Below, piece by piece: positions 27,843-36,182 of a stretch of DNA of 64,000 nucleotides. Numbering within the stretch: position 1 is the first letter of the stretch; each line of letters opens with the position of its first letter. The stretch is taken from assembly GCA_902384935.1 (NCBI GenBank), contig CABMDO010000012.1, positions 1 to 64,000 of the forward strand, given 5' to 3'. A program made the position numbers and the translations under genes. The notes under the pieces are model-generated. The model worked only from the letters and a program-made list of their open reading frames with translations. It ran no database searches and was not told the DNA's origin. The stretch comes from Candidatus Norongarragalina meridionalis. Its GTDB lineage: Archaea; Micrarchaeota; Micrarchaeia; Norongarragalinales; Norongarragalinaceae.

Positions 27843-28341
27843 CGCGCGTTCCGTGCGTTTCGGCGAACGGCGTCATTCCGTGCGGCTTGGCGTTTCCTTT
27901 CCCTATTATGTCCAATACGGGAATGCCGCGTGCCAGCAGCGCGTCCGCAATCAGCGAGCGGTGGCAGCGCCACGGCACCGCCTCTGCGCACATTATCGCG
28001 GTAGTGCGCTTACGCGACATCTCAACAAGAGTTTTCAGTCCCGCTTCGAATCCGGGCGTCTGCATGTAATCCGCGTATCCTCGGAAGGACGCGTTGCGCC
28101 ATCCCGCGTTCTTCGAATCCGCCTCTGGTTTGCGCAGTCCGCCGAGCGCGGGGATATGCGCGTATGAAACGCCGTATTTTTCAAGCGACTTCGGAAGCGT
28201 TTCCCTGTTGAACTGCGGGACATGCCGGGAACGCGGGACGGTGCGCACGTCCGCTATTTGCACGACGCCGTTCTCCTTCAGGAGCGCGGCGAACTCCGCG
28301 AGCGTGCGCGTGGAATGCCCGATTGTAAAAATACGTTTCAT
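27799..28341 (-). CDS. DUF488 family protein
   Basis: MKRIFTIGHSTRTL...MCAEAVPWRCHRSLIADAL is the DUF488 signature. Confidence 0.6.
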   Translation of the reverse strand: MKRIFTIGHSTRTLAEFAALLKENGVVQIADVRTVPRSRHVPQFNRETLPKSLEKYGVSYAHIPALGGLRKPEADSKNAGWRNASFRGYADYMQTPGFEAGLKTLVEMSRKRTTAIMCAEAVPWRCHRSLIADALLARGIPVLDIIGKGNAKPHGMTPFAETHGTRVTYPASLRTSSRLP

Positions 28342-28348
28342 AAGCGCA

Positions 28349-28422
28349 AGCCTCCGATGGGATTCGAACCCACGACTTCGTGCTTACCATGCACGCACTC
28401 TACCAGGCTGAGTTACAGAGGC
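28349..28422 (-). tRNA. tRNA-Thr (anticodon GGU)
   Basis: Reverse complement gcctctgtaactcagcctggtagagtgcgtgcatggtaagcacgaagtcgtgggttcgaatcccatcggaggct. 7-bp acceptor, TTCGAAT T-loop, anticodon loop aUGGUaa. CCA not encoded. Confidence 0.8.
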
Positions 28423-28448
28423 ATCTGTAGGAAGTTTTGTTGCGAAAG

Positions 28449-28460
28449 GGTTATTATATC
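28449..28460 (+). promoter_or_regulatory. TATA-like element upstream of rpl40e
   Basis: ttattatatc lies ~30 nt upstream of the ATG at 28487. Confidence 0.35.
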
Positions 28461-28486
28461 GTTCGGATTAAATGTGTTCGATACTT

Positions 28487-28645
28487 ATGGGAAAGTTTCC
28501 GATAGCCGACAAGGCTTTCACGAACGTTCTGGTTTGCAAGAAGTGCAAGGCGCGCAACCCCAAGGGCTCGGTGCGTTGCAGGAAGTGCAACTACCCGAAC
28601 TTACGGCCGAAGCGCGCCAAGAAGAAGGAAGCGAAGGGCAAGTAA
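28487..28645 (+). CDS. rpl40e: ribosomal protein L40e
   Basis: MGKFPIADKAFTNVLVCKKCKARNPKGSVRCRKCNYPNLRPKRAKKKEAKGK. 52 aa, absent from the ORF track. Followed by the hairpin ggaggggacacatgcgtgtttcccctc. Confidence 0.6.
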   Translation: MGKFPIADKAFTNVLVCKKCKARNPKGSVRCRKCNYPNLRPKRAKKKEAKGK

Positions 28646-28749
28646 GCCGCGGAGGGGACACATGCGTGTTTCCCCTCGGTGCTTACTCCACCGACTCCCC
28701 TTCCTTCGTAAAGCGTTTTATATTTAGCGCCAAGCATAAGGCGTTTAGC

Positions 28750-28853
28750 GCAGGGGTGGCTGAGTTTGGCCAAAAGCGGGGGACTTAAGAGGCGGGAACG
28801 CCTGCGAAATCCCCTCCCTTAGGGGTTCGGGAGTTCAAATCTCTCCCCCTGCA
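28750..28853 (+). tRNA. tRNA-Leu (anticodon UAA) with a ~19-nt intron 3' of the anticodon
   Basis: Acceptor gcagggg/cccctgc, D stem gct/agc, anticodon stem gggga...tcccc with loop cUUAAga interrupted by aggcgggaacgcctgcgaa. Long variable arm (tcccttaggggttc). T arm gggag-ttcaaat-ctctc. Confidence 0.7.
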
Positions 28854-28904
28854 TTAAATCTTATTTTATATACCCCGATTCAGTAGCCGCTTAGTGATGT
28901 TTGC

Positions 28905-30524
28905 ATGGACGCCGTAAGCGGGAATCTCGTCGACGTGCGCGGGGGGTGCGTTTATCCGGCAACCGTCGAAATCGAGGCTGGGCGAATAGCGCGCATACGG
29001 CGCGAGCACGGGAAATTCGACAATTACCTCCTCCCTGGCTTCATCGACGCCCACATCCACATAGAGAGTTCCATGCTCACCCCCTCGGAGTTCGCGAGGA
29101 TAGCGACTGTGCATGGCACGGTTGCCACTGTTTCGGATCCGCACGAGATAGCCAACGTGCTCGGCGAGAAGGGCGTCGAGTTCATGATAAGCGATGGAAA
29201 GCGGACGAACTTCAAGTTTTACTTCGGCGCGCCCTCGTGCGTTCCGGCGACGACGTTCGAGACCAACGGCGCGACGCTCGGCGCGAAGGAGGTTACATCG
29301 CTCCTGCGCAAGAAGGAGATACTGTATCTCAGCGAGGTTATGAACTACCCCGGGGTAATCGCCCGCGATTCCGAGGTGATGGCGAAAATCACCGCGGCGA
29401 AAACCCTGCGCAAGAGGGTTGACGGTCATGCGCCCGGTGTGAGGGGCGCGGAACTGAAAAAATACGCGGCTGCGGGAATAACGACGGATCACGAGTCGTT
29501 CGCCTACGATGAGGCGCTGGATAAGTTGGGGAACGGGATGAAAATCCAGATACGTGAGGGAAGCGCGGCGAAGAATTTCGAGGCGCTGTATCCCCTGATT
29601 GAAAAATACCCGAAAATGTGCATGTTCTGCTCAGACGACCGGCATCCCGACGACCTGCTGGAAGGGCACATCAACCTGCTCGTGAAACGCGCGGTTGCGA
29701 AGGGCGTCGGTTTGTTCAAGATTCTCAGGTGCGCGTGCGTCAACCCCGTTGAGCATTACGGTCTGGATGTCGGGCTCCTTCGCGAGGGCGATTCCGCGGA
29801 CTTCATAGTGGTCGACAACCTGCGCGACTTCAACGTTCTTAGGACGTATGTGCGCGGGCAGATAGTCGCCGAGCGCGGGAAGCCCCTTTTGAGGCGCGTT
29901 AAGTCGTCGAAGCCTAACAAATTCCGCGCGCGGAAGAAGTCGAAATCCGAGCTCGCCGTGCACAATACGCTGAACGTGATGGCGGTAACTGACGGCCAAC
30001 TGGTGGACAAGGCGATGGTTGTGTCCATCAGGGAGCTCGTCAGGCACGAGATAAAGATAGATCCGAAGACGGACGTCCTGAAAATCGTAGTGGTAAACCG
30101 CTACGCGGATTCGAGGCCCGCGGTGGCGTTTGCGAAGAACTTCGGATTGAAAAAAGGAGCGATAGCCTCTTCGGTGGCGCACGACTCGCACAACATAATT
30201 GCAGTTGGTGTGAACGACGAACTCATCTGCAAGGCGATAAACTGCCTGATACGGCACAGGGGAGGGATATGCGCGGTTGACGAGCGTTCCGAGCACGTCC
30301 TCCCGCTGCCGATAGCCGGCGTGATGTCGGACGGCGATTTCGCCTCAGTTGCCGAAAAATACTCTGAGCTCGACGGAATAGCAAAGTCCTACGGCTCGAA
30401 ATTGCGCGCGCCCTTCATGACGCTCTCGTTCATGGCGCTGCCCGTGATCCCGCAGCTGAAGCTGACGGACAAGGGACTGTTTGACGTCACCAATTTCAGG
30501 TTCGTCAACCTGTTCAACATGTAG
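28905..30524 (+). CDS. ade: adenine deaminase
   Basis: 539 aa. Amidohydrolase metal site GFIDAHIHIESS...SDPHEIANV, full Ade architecture. TAG stop at 30522-30524. Confidence 0.75.
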   Translation: MDAVSGNLVDVRGGCVYPATVEIEAGRIARIRREHGKFDNYLLPGFIDAHIHIESSMLTPSEFARIATVHGTVATVSDPHEIANVLGEKGVEFMISDGKRTNFKFYFGAPSCVPATTFETNGATLGAKEVTSLLRKKEILYLSEVMNYPGVIARDSEVMAKITAAKTLRKRVDGHAPGVRGAELKKYAAAGITTDHESFAYDEALDKLGNGMKIQIREGSAAKNFEALYPLIEKYPKMCMFCSDDRHPDDLLEGHINLLVKRAVAKGVGLFKILRCACVNPVEHYGLDVGLLREGDSADFIVVDNLRDFNVLRTYVRGQIVAERGKPLLRRVKSSKPNKFRARKKSKSELAVHNTLNVMAVTDGQLVDKAMVVSIRELVRHEIKIDPKTDVLKIVVVNRYADSRPAVAFAKNFGLKKGAIASSVAHDSHNIIAVGVNDELICKAINCLIRHRGGICAVDERSEHVLPLPIAGVMSDGDFASVAEKYSELDGIAKSYGSKLRAPFMTLSFMALPVIPQLKLTDKGLFDVTNFRFVNLFNM

Positions 30525-30578
30525 CGCTACCGTTTCTGCGTCGCGTCCTCCTTCATTACCATCTTCACTATCAGGTAG
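30524..30578 (+). repeat. direct repeat 1 (55 bp), a duplicate of the mscL 3' end
   Basis: gcgctaccgtttctgcgtcgcgtcCtccttcattaccatcttcactatcaggtag is identical apart from 1 mismatch to 31689..31743. Encodes (minus strand) ..YLIVKMVMKEDATQKR*. Confidence 0.85.
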
Positions 30579-31688
30579 GCCTGCATAAAACTTCTTTTTA
30601 GCCCGACGGGCAGGATTGGAACGGCCCCGTCTCTTCAGTCGGATACGAGTAGTCGGTATAACTGTCATAGGGCCCGAGGCCGATCAGCCAGAGCGGGCAG
30701 AACAAGCCGCTGAGGCCATTGCCAGTGAAGCATCCGAGGTCGCAGGAACGGTGGCACAGCCCGCCAATAATCGGAATAGTCAACTCGCCATTTTCCGCGC
30801 AGGCGTCGTAGCAGGCATCGTGCGTCCTGCAGCCGCCGTTGCTTCCGCACTGCTGCACGGCGTATGTGCATTGGTAGAAGCAGCCTTGGCCGTCGTTTAC
30901 GCATTGGGTTTTCTTGGGCAGCTGCTTGCATGTCCATGGGCAGTCCGCGCCGCACGCTCCCCTGCATTCGGACCCGCTGGCGATAGTGGGGTTGCGAGGC
31001 TGGGTTCCGCTGACTGCCTGCGGGCACGGCGGACGAACATATGCGCATGTTGGAGTTGGGCTCGGGCTGACTTCAGGCGGTTCAGGAGGAGGTGCGCGCG
31101 AGGCTTCGGGAATCATCACCGGCGAGGCTTTGGGCATGGGTGTCGATGTTGGAGCGGGTATTTTTGTCGCTGTCGGAGCGGGCATTTCTGTCGGCGTCGG
31201 AGAGGAACCCGGGCATCCGTTGGCGTCGATTCTTGTTCCGCTCAGTGAGGCTGAGCCTTTACAGCATTTGTCTTGGTCGTAGTAGTCCCAGGTGTAGCTG
31301 CCCGTGAAAGAGGAGCAGTCGGACGAGAAGACCAGGTCGAAGGCGGAAAGTGTGGCCGTGCCGGTGCCGTCAGTGACGGTCCTGCCGGGCATGCTGAGAG
31401 TGTTGCCCAGGAACGTACCCCTCGCGGGGCCGTCGCCCCAGTCGCTCACGTCCGCAATCTGCATGTCGTGCTGTATGATGACCTCGCGGACATCCGTCGC
31501 GATGCCGGTTCCGCAATCGGTTTCATCGTCGCTGACGGTGACGCTCCAATGGGTTATGCCGACATAAGTCCCAAAAGTAAATGTGGATTGCGCGGTGACC
31601 ATTTGCGGCAAGAAAAGGATGAAAAGCAGGACCAGTGAGCAGACAAAAACCGTTTTCATTTCGTTCCCCATCACGATATCGCCTCTCC
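30579..31688 (-). mobile_element. single-gene cassette inserted at the mscL 3' end, flanked by 55-bp direct repeats (no recombinase)
   Basis: 1.1 kb between DR1 and DR2 carries only ORF 30598..31674. Sits between the convergent ade and mscL genes, whose stops would otherwise be 3 nt apart. Confidence 0.5.
30598..31674 (-). CDS. secreted Cys-rich protein with Pro/Thr linker (cassette cargo)
   Basis: Signal MMGNEMKTVFVCSLVLLFILFLPQMVTAQS. Linker PTPTEMPAPTATKIPAPTSTPMP. ~24 Cys in the C-terminal half (CGADCPWTCKQ...CHRSCDLGC). Confidence 0.5.
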   Translation of the reverse strand: MMGNEMKTVFVCSLVLLFILFLPQMVTAQSTFTFGTYVGITHWSVTVSDDETDCGTGIATDVREVIIQHDMQIADVSDWGDGPARGTFLGNTLSMPGRTVTDGTGTATLSAFDLVFSSDCSSFTGSYTWDYYDQDKCCKGSASLSGTRIDANGCPGSSPTPTEMPAPTATKIPAPTSTPMPKASPVMIPEASRAPPPEPPEVSPSPTPTCAYVRPPCPQAVSGTQPRNPTIASGSECRGACGADCPWTCKQLPKKTQCVNDGQGCFYQCTYAVQQCGSNGGCRTHDACYDACAENGELTIPIIGGLCHRSCDLGCFTGNGLSGLFCPLWLIGLGPYDSYTDYSYPTEETGPFQSCPSG

Positions 31689-31743
31689 GCGCTACCGTTT
31701 CTGCGTCGCGTCTTCCTTCATTACCATCTTCACTATCAGGTAG
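31689..31743 (+). repeat. direct repeat 2 (55 bp), the authentic mscL 3' end
   Basis: See DR1. Contiguous with the mscL coding sequence. Confidence 0.85.
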
Positions 31744-31997
31744 ACCACGAGCGCGATGATGAGGAAGTCGATTATCGCGCCGACGAAGTCGCCGACCATG
31801 AATTTCACGGGCCCGATGTCGAGCGTCGACACTCGCCAGTCCCCGCCCGGAACGAGCGCGCCTACAATCGGCATAACGATGTCGTTGACGAGCGCGGTGA
31901 CGAGTTTAGTCGCAGCCGCGCCGATGATGAACGCAACGACGAGCCCCAGCACCTGGTATTTCTTGAGGAATTCCTTGAACTCCGATACGAACGTCAT
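31692..31997 (-). CDS. mscL: large-conductance mechanosensitive channel
   Basis: MTFVSEFKEFLKKYQVLGLVVAFIIGAAATKLVTALVNDIVMP...GDFVGAIIDFLIIALVVYLIVK is a classic MscL. GTG-extended in the ORF track. Confidence 0.75.
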   Translation of the reverse strand: MTFVSEFKEFLKKYQVLGLVVAFIIGAAATKLVTALVNDIVMPIVGALVPGGDWRVSTLDIGPVKFMVGDFVGAIIDFLIIALVVYLIVKMVMKEDATQKR

Positions 31998-32254
31998 TGC
32001 GAACCGCTCTCCGCCGTCATCTGCTCGGCAACCATCTGCGCGTCGAGGTAGCACGTTCCCGAATAGTTCTTTCCGTCAGGGCCGTTGTACCAGCATTCGT
32101 AAGGCGTCTTTCCCTCCATGCTTTTCGTCAGATACGTTCCGCCCGCCGCCTCGCCGAAGCCGTGAGTAGCGTAATAGAAACCGAGCGCGCCGCCGACGAG
32201 AATGCAGGCGAGCGCCAAGCCGATCACGAAAAGTTCGTCGTGCTTTCCCTTCAT
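31994..32254 (-). CDS. small membrane/secreted protein
   Basis: 86 aa with one TM (LFVIGLALACILVGGALGFYY) and a Cys-containing tail. ATGA overlap with mscL. Confidence 0.4.
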   Translation of the reverse strand: MKGKHDELFVIGLALACILVGGALGFYYATHGFGEAAGGTYLTKSMEGKTPYECWYNGPDGKNYSGTCYLDAQMVAEQMTAESGSQ

Positions 32255-32264
32255 TGAATCCCCC

Positions 32265-32696
32265 CTACTTCCATCCGCGCGCGTTCACGAGCTTGTCTTT
32301 CAGCTTCGCCCTGCTGTAGAACGCGATGAGCAGGCCCGTGATTATCGCGAACGTGGTCCAGATGATGTTCGACGCGCTCGGCGCTTCGAACGAATACACG
32401 AGGTATTCCGCGAGCACTCCGAACAGCACGAGCCATACCAGGCGCAGCTCGATGAGGTATTCCGCGAAAAGCCCGTGCTCCTTGATTTCCTTCGCGGGAT
32501 AGTTCAGCATGAAGCTCGCCGCGGCGAGCAGGATAATCGCCGGATACGCGACGCGCGTCTCGTCGGGCATAACCATTTCGGAAACGAACGCGAGCACCGC
32601 GATCGCGATTATGTGCAGTACGAAGAACTGGTTCTCCCTGGACGAAATCCACTTGAGGATGCCTTCCACAAACATCACCGAAGCTATCAATCGCAC
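32265..32696 (-). CDS. hypothetical membrane protein
   Basis: 143 aa, 4 hydrophobic helices. Confidence 0.4.
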   Translation of the reverse strand: MRLIASVMFVEGILKWISSRENQFFVLHIIAIAVLAFVSEMVMPDETRVAYPAIILLAAASFMLNYPAKEIKEHGLFAEYLIELRLVWLVLFGVLAEYLVYSFEAPSASNIIWTTFAIITGLLIAFYSRAKLKDKLVNARGWK

Positions 32697-32728
32697 CTTA
32701 TTAAAAACAGTTCCGCCCAGATATCGTC

Positions 32729-33136
32729 ATGCACAAGATAGACTCCGACGTGGAGCGCGCTTTCGCGGTGAAGTTCGACTACGTTCCGACGCGGCTGAAG
32801 AAGCTCACGGAAATGCTCGATTTGATACAAGAGTTCGTTCAGTACCTCGGCTCGAACCAGTATTATTCCGATTCGCTGAACAAGCAGGTTTTCCTTCTGA
32901 ATCTCGACGCCGACGCGCTCATGCTGAAACTCGAAGCATTGTCGCTGAAAGAGCACCGCTTCCAGTCCGAGATGAAGCTCGCGCTTTTCAAGAAGAAGAA
33001 GCCGGCTTTCGAGAAAAAGGAATTCGACGAGTACAAGAAGGGATTGCTCGCGCTGGAAACCGACGTGATGGAAATGCACCGGCGCGCGCTCGTGCTCACG
33101 GAAGAGATTCGCGGCGAATACCGCAGCAAGTGTTGA
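32729..33136 (+). CDS. hypothetical protein
   Basis: 135-aa helical, charged ORF with no motif. Confidence 0.4.
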   Translation: MHKIDSDVERAFAVKFDYVPTRLKKLTEMLDLIQEFVQYLGSNQYYSDSLNKQVFLLNLDADALMLKLEALSLKEHRFQSEMKLALFKKKKPAFEKKEFDEYKKGLLALETDVMEMHRRALVLTEEIRGEYRSKC

Positions 33137-33227
33137 AACGGCGTTTCGGGCTTGCTTTGCTTCCGAAAAGGGCGCTGCGTGCTTCTTTTAGGAAACGGGG
33201 TTGTTTCCTTGCCTTTTTCGTGCCTTC

Positions 33228-33243
33228 GGGGGAAGGTTTATTA
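33228..33243 (+). promoter_or_regulatory. TATA-like element preceding rpoP and the ribosomal protein operon
   Basis: ggtttattaatatatg is preceded by two GC hairpins (ggaaacggggttgtttcc; ccttcgggggaagg). Confidence 0.4.
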
Positions 33244-33303
33244 ATATATGTCAGCGTATAATCCTTTCCTGATTCGTGAGAATCTGTGTGGGAGTAGGGT
33301 TTC

Positions 33304-33435
33304 ATGTATACGTGTCCGAACTGCGGCAAGAAATTCAAGGGCGAGGAAATCGAATCGCTCAGATGCACGTACTGCGGCAGCAAGATACTTTTCAAGGAGA
33401 CGCCGCCGGTTGCGCGCAAGGTTTCTACTGATTAA
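33304..33435 (+). CDS. rpoP: RNA polymerase subunit P (Rpo12/RpoP)
   Basis: MYTCPNCGKKFKGEEIESLRCTYCGSKILFKETPPVARKVSTD (zinc ribbon). Not in the ORF track. Confidence 0.6.
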   Translation: MYTCPNCGKKFKGEEIESLRCTYCGSKILFKETPPVARKVSTD

Positions 33436-33445
33436 GTGATTCTAA

Positions 33446-34387
33446 ATGGGTAAACGTGGTCCTAAACGCGGTTCTCGTGCCTTCTGGCACCGCGGCCGCT
33501 CGCAGCGCATGGTTCCGCGCATGCGCGACTGGGGCGCCGCCGAGAAGGGCGCCAAGGGATTCCTCGGTTACAAGGCGGGCATGCTTTCCGTAATCATGAC
33601 GGACGACCGCGAAACCCCGACAAAAGGGCAGGAAGTTGTGCGCGCGTGCACCGTGATCGAAGTCCCCCCTGTTTTCGTTTATTCAATCGTTGCTTTCAAG
33701 AACACTCCTTATGGACTGAAGACGTTCGCGGAAATTCCGGTTCAGAACTCGCCCAAGGAGCTGAAGAGGCGCATGACCGTTTCGAAAAAGGCGCGCCTCA
33801 CGGTAGAACAGCTCGGGCAGCAGCTCGCGGAAATCGTGGAAATAAGGATTACGGCGTGCACGCAGCCCAAGAAAATCGTGGGCGTAGGAAAGAAAGCGCC
33901 CGACCTCTTCGAAGTGGCGATAGGCGGCGACGTAGCCGCGCAGTTCGAGTACGCCAAGAGCGTTCTGGGAAAAGAGTTGCGCTTTACCGACGTTTTCCAG
34001 GAAGGCGAAACAGTGGACGCCGTCGCCGTCACCAAGGGCAAGGGCTGGCAGGGCGTCGTCAAGAGATACGGAGTTTCGCTGAACATACGCAAGTCGACGA
34101 AATCTCGCAGGCACGGTGGAAGCATCGGCCCCGAGAGGCAGGGCAAGGTCATGTTCACGATTCCGCGCGCGGGGCAGATGGGTTTCCAGCGCAGGACCGA
34201 CGAGCACAAGCGCATTCTCAAGCACGGCGCGGACCTCGGCACGAAGGAATTCAAGCGCTACGGTTTCGTGAAGAACGATTACGCCATCATTGACGGCAGC
34301 GTTCCGGGTCCGGCGAAGAGGGTCGTAATGCTTCACAAGCGCGTCGCGAAGACGCCTGTAAAGAAAGTCGAAGTCAAAGTGATATAG
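33446..34387 (+). CDS. rpl3: ribosomal protein L3
   Basis: FLGYKAGMLSV...KGKGWQGVVKRYG...FQRRTDEHKRI. TAG stop, followed by an in-frame TAA 4 codons later. Confidence 0.9.
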   Translation: MGKRGPKRGSRAFWHRGRSQRMVPRMRDWGAAEKGAKGFLGYKAGMLSVIMTDDRETPTKGQEVVRACTVIEVPPVFVYSIVAFKNTPYGLKTFAEIPVQNSPKELKRRMTVSKKARLTVEQLGQQLAEIVEIRITACTQPKKIVGVGKKAPDLFEVAIGGDVAAQFEYAKSVLGKELRFTDVFQEGETVDAVAVTKGKGWQGVVKRYGVSLNIRKSTKSRRHGGSIGPERQGKVMFTIPRAGQMGFQRRTDEHKRILKHGADLGTKEFKRYGFVKNDYAIIDGSVPGPAKRVVMLHKRVAKTPVKKVEVKVI

Positions 34388-34388
34388 T

Positions 34389-35195
34389 TTGAAGGCTAAC
34401 GTTATTTCATTGAACGGCACGCGCGGCGGAGACGTGGAAATGCCGAGCCAGTTCAACGACGCTTATCGTCCCGATCTTATACGCAGGGCATTCAGCGCCG
34501 AGCGCTCGCGGCTGTTCCAGCCCAAGGGCGCGTTCCCGCTCGCGGGAATGCAGAATACCGCGGAGTACTACGGAAGAAGGCATGCGTGGCGCCAGACCAT
34601 CAATACGGGACGCTCGCGTCTGCCCCGTGAGAAGCTGCCGAAAGGAAGAAGCGGACGCGTGCTGCAGGTGCCGCACGCGGTCAAGGGACGCCGCGCCCAC
34701 CCGCCGAAGCCGCAGAAAATACTTATCGAGAGGATAAACATCAAGGAGAAGAACGCAGCGATACGCAGCGCAATCGCCGCAACCGCGGACATGAAGCTCG
34801 TCAAGCTGCGCGGACACCGTTTCGACGGGGCGCTTCCTCTGGTAATCGAGGACGGTTTCGAGGGAATCAAGCGCGTGAAGGACGCGAAGGCGGTTCTCGA
34901 CAAGTGCGGACTTTCCTCGGATTTGAATCGCGCCAAGGCAGGGAGACAGATGCGCAGCGGACGTGCGCGCCTGCGCAAGGGCGGTTACAGGACGCCGTGC
35001 TCTGTCCTCGTCGTATTCGCCAAGGACGAAGGAGTCGGAAAGGCGGTTCGCAACCTTCCGGGCGTCGAAGCGGCGAGGGTGGATTCGCTGACGATGGAAG
35101 AACTCGCTCCGGGCGGAGAGGCGGGGCGTCTTACGCTGTGGACAAAGGGAGCGCTCGCGGAACTCAACAAGGGACTTTACGGGGCGATGGCATAA
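34389..35195 (+). CDS. rpl4: ribosomal protein L4
   Basis: TTG start. L4 family, 268 aa (..RLFQPKGAFPLAGMQ..RGHRFDG..). Confidence 0.85.
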   Translation: MKANVISLNGTRGGDVEMPSQFNDAYRPDLIRRAFSAERSRLFQPKGAFPLAGMQNTAEYYGRRHAWRQTINTGRSRLPREKLPKGRSGRVLQVPHAVKGRRAHPPKPQKILIERINIKEKNAAIRSAIAATADMKLVKLRGHRFDGALPLVIEDGFEGIKRVKDAKAVLDKCGLSSDLNRAKAGRQMRSGRARLRKGGYRTPCSVLVVFAKDEGVGKAVRNLPGVEAARVDSLTMEELAPGGEAGRLTLWTKGALAELNKGLYGAMA

Positions 35196-35443
35196 TGTTC
35201 GTACTTTTCCCGCTGACGTCGGAAAAATCGGTTCTGGGAATCGAGAAGGAGAACAAGATGGTTTTCGCCGTGACGATGAACGCGACGAAGCAGGACATCA
35301 GGAAGGAAATCGAGCGCGATTTCGGCGAGCGCGTCGTCAAGATAACGACTTGCATTACCACGGAAGGAAACAAGAAGGCGTTCGTTCTTTTCGAGCGCCC
35401 GGGAGCAGCCGCGGATTTGGCGGCCAAGCTCAAGGTGATTTAG
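35195..35443 (+). CDS. rpl23: ribosomal protein L23
   Basis: MFVLFPLTSEKSVLGIEKENKMVFAVTMNATKQDIRKEIERDFGERVVKITT. TAG stop, with TAA 4 codons downstream in frame. Confidence 0.85.
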   Translation: MFVLFPLTSEKSVLGIEKENKMVFAVTMNATKQDIRKEIERDFGERVVKITTCITTEGNKKAFVLFERPGAAADLAAKLKVI

Positions 35444-35447
35444 TTAA

Positions 35448-36182
35448 ATGGGTAAGCCGCTGACGCAACAGAGGCGCGGGAAGGGAAGCCCGACGTTCCT
35501 CAGCCCCGGGCATCGCTTCCTGAGCCCCGGGCGCTATCCCGCGATAACGGGCACGCAACGCGGCGAGGTAATCGAACTGATACAGGACCCGTCCAAGGAC
35601 GTCCTGCTCGCGAGGGTAATGCTCGAAGACGGCCGCAACATGTACATGCTCGCGCCCGAGGGGCTCGCCGTAGGCGCCCTGCTTCAGTTGGGCGACGACG
35701 CGCAGGCGCGCCTCGGAAACGTCGCGCCGCTGAAGAACGTGCCCGACGGCACGCCGGTATTCAACGTGGAACTCCGTCCCATGGACGGCGGAAAAATCGC
35801 ACGCTGCAGCGGCACGTACGGAACCGTGAGCAGCCACGACGAGGAAACCGGGAAAGTAGAAGTGCGCTTCGCAACCGGTTCCAAGGAAATCAAGATCATG
35901 CATCCGGAATGCCGCGCGACCATAGGCGTCGCCTGCGGCGGAGGGAGGCCCGAAAAGCCTTTCAAGAAGGCGAGCAACAAGCGCTTCAAGATGGAAGCGA
36001 TGAACCGCTACTATCCGAAGGTGCGCGGCACCGCGATGTCCGCATACGACCACCCGCACGGTGGAAAGAGTCTCGGAAAGTCCAACACGGTGTCGCGCAA
36101 CGCGCCCCCCGGCAGAAAGGTGGGGCTCGTCGCAGCACGCCGCTCCGGAAGAAGGCGCAGGAGGGAAGAGGTACGTGGCTAA
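35448..36182 (+). CDS. rpl2: ribosomal protein L2
   Basis: ..HPHGGKSLGKSNTVSRNAPPGRKVG.. is the L2 signature. Confidence 0.9.
   Translation: MGKPLTQQRRGKGSPTFLSPGHRFLSPGRYPAITGTQRGEVIELIQDPSKDVLLARVMLEDGRNMYMLAPEGLAVGALLQLGDDAQARLGNVAPLKNVPDGTPVFNVELRPMDGGKIARCSGTYGTVSSHDEETGKVEVRFATGSKEIKIMHPECRATIGVACGGGRPEKPFKKASNKRFKMEAMNRYYPKVRGTAMSAYDHPHGGKSLGKSNTVSRNAPPGRKVGLVAARRSGRRRRREEVRG

Noticed and set aside
28750-28853. Amber-suppressor (CUA) or Pyl tRNA candidate
   Set aside because: The anticodon loop reads cUUAAga, which is an ordinary tRNA-Leu(UAA) with an intron. No CUA-anticodon tRNA is visible in this window.
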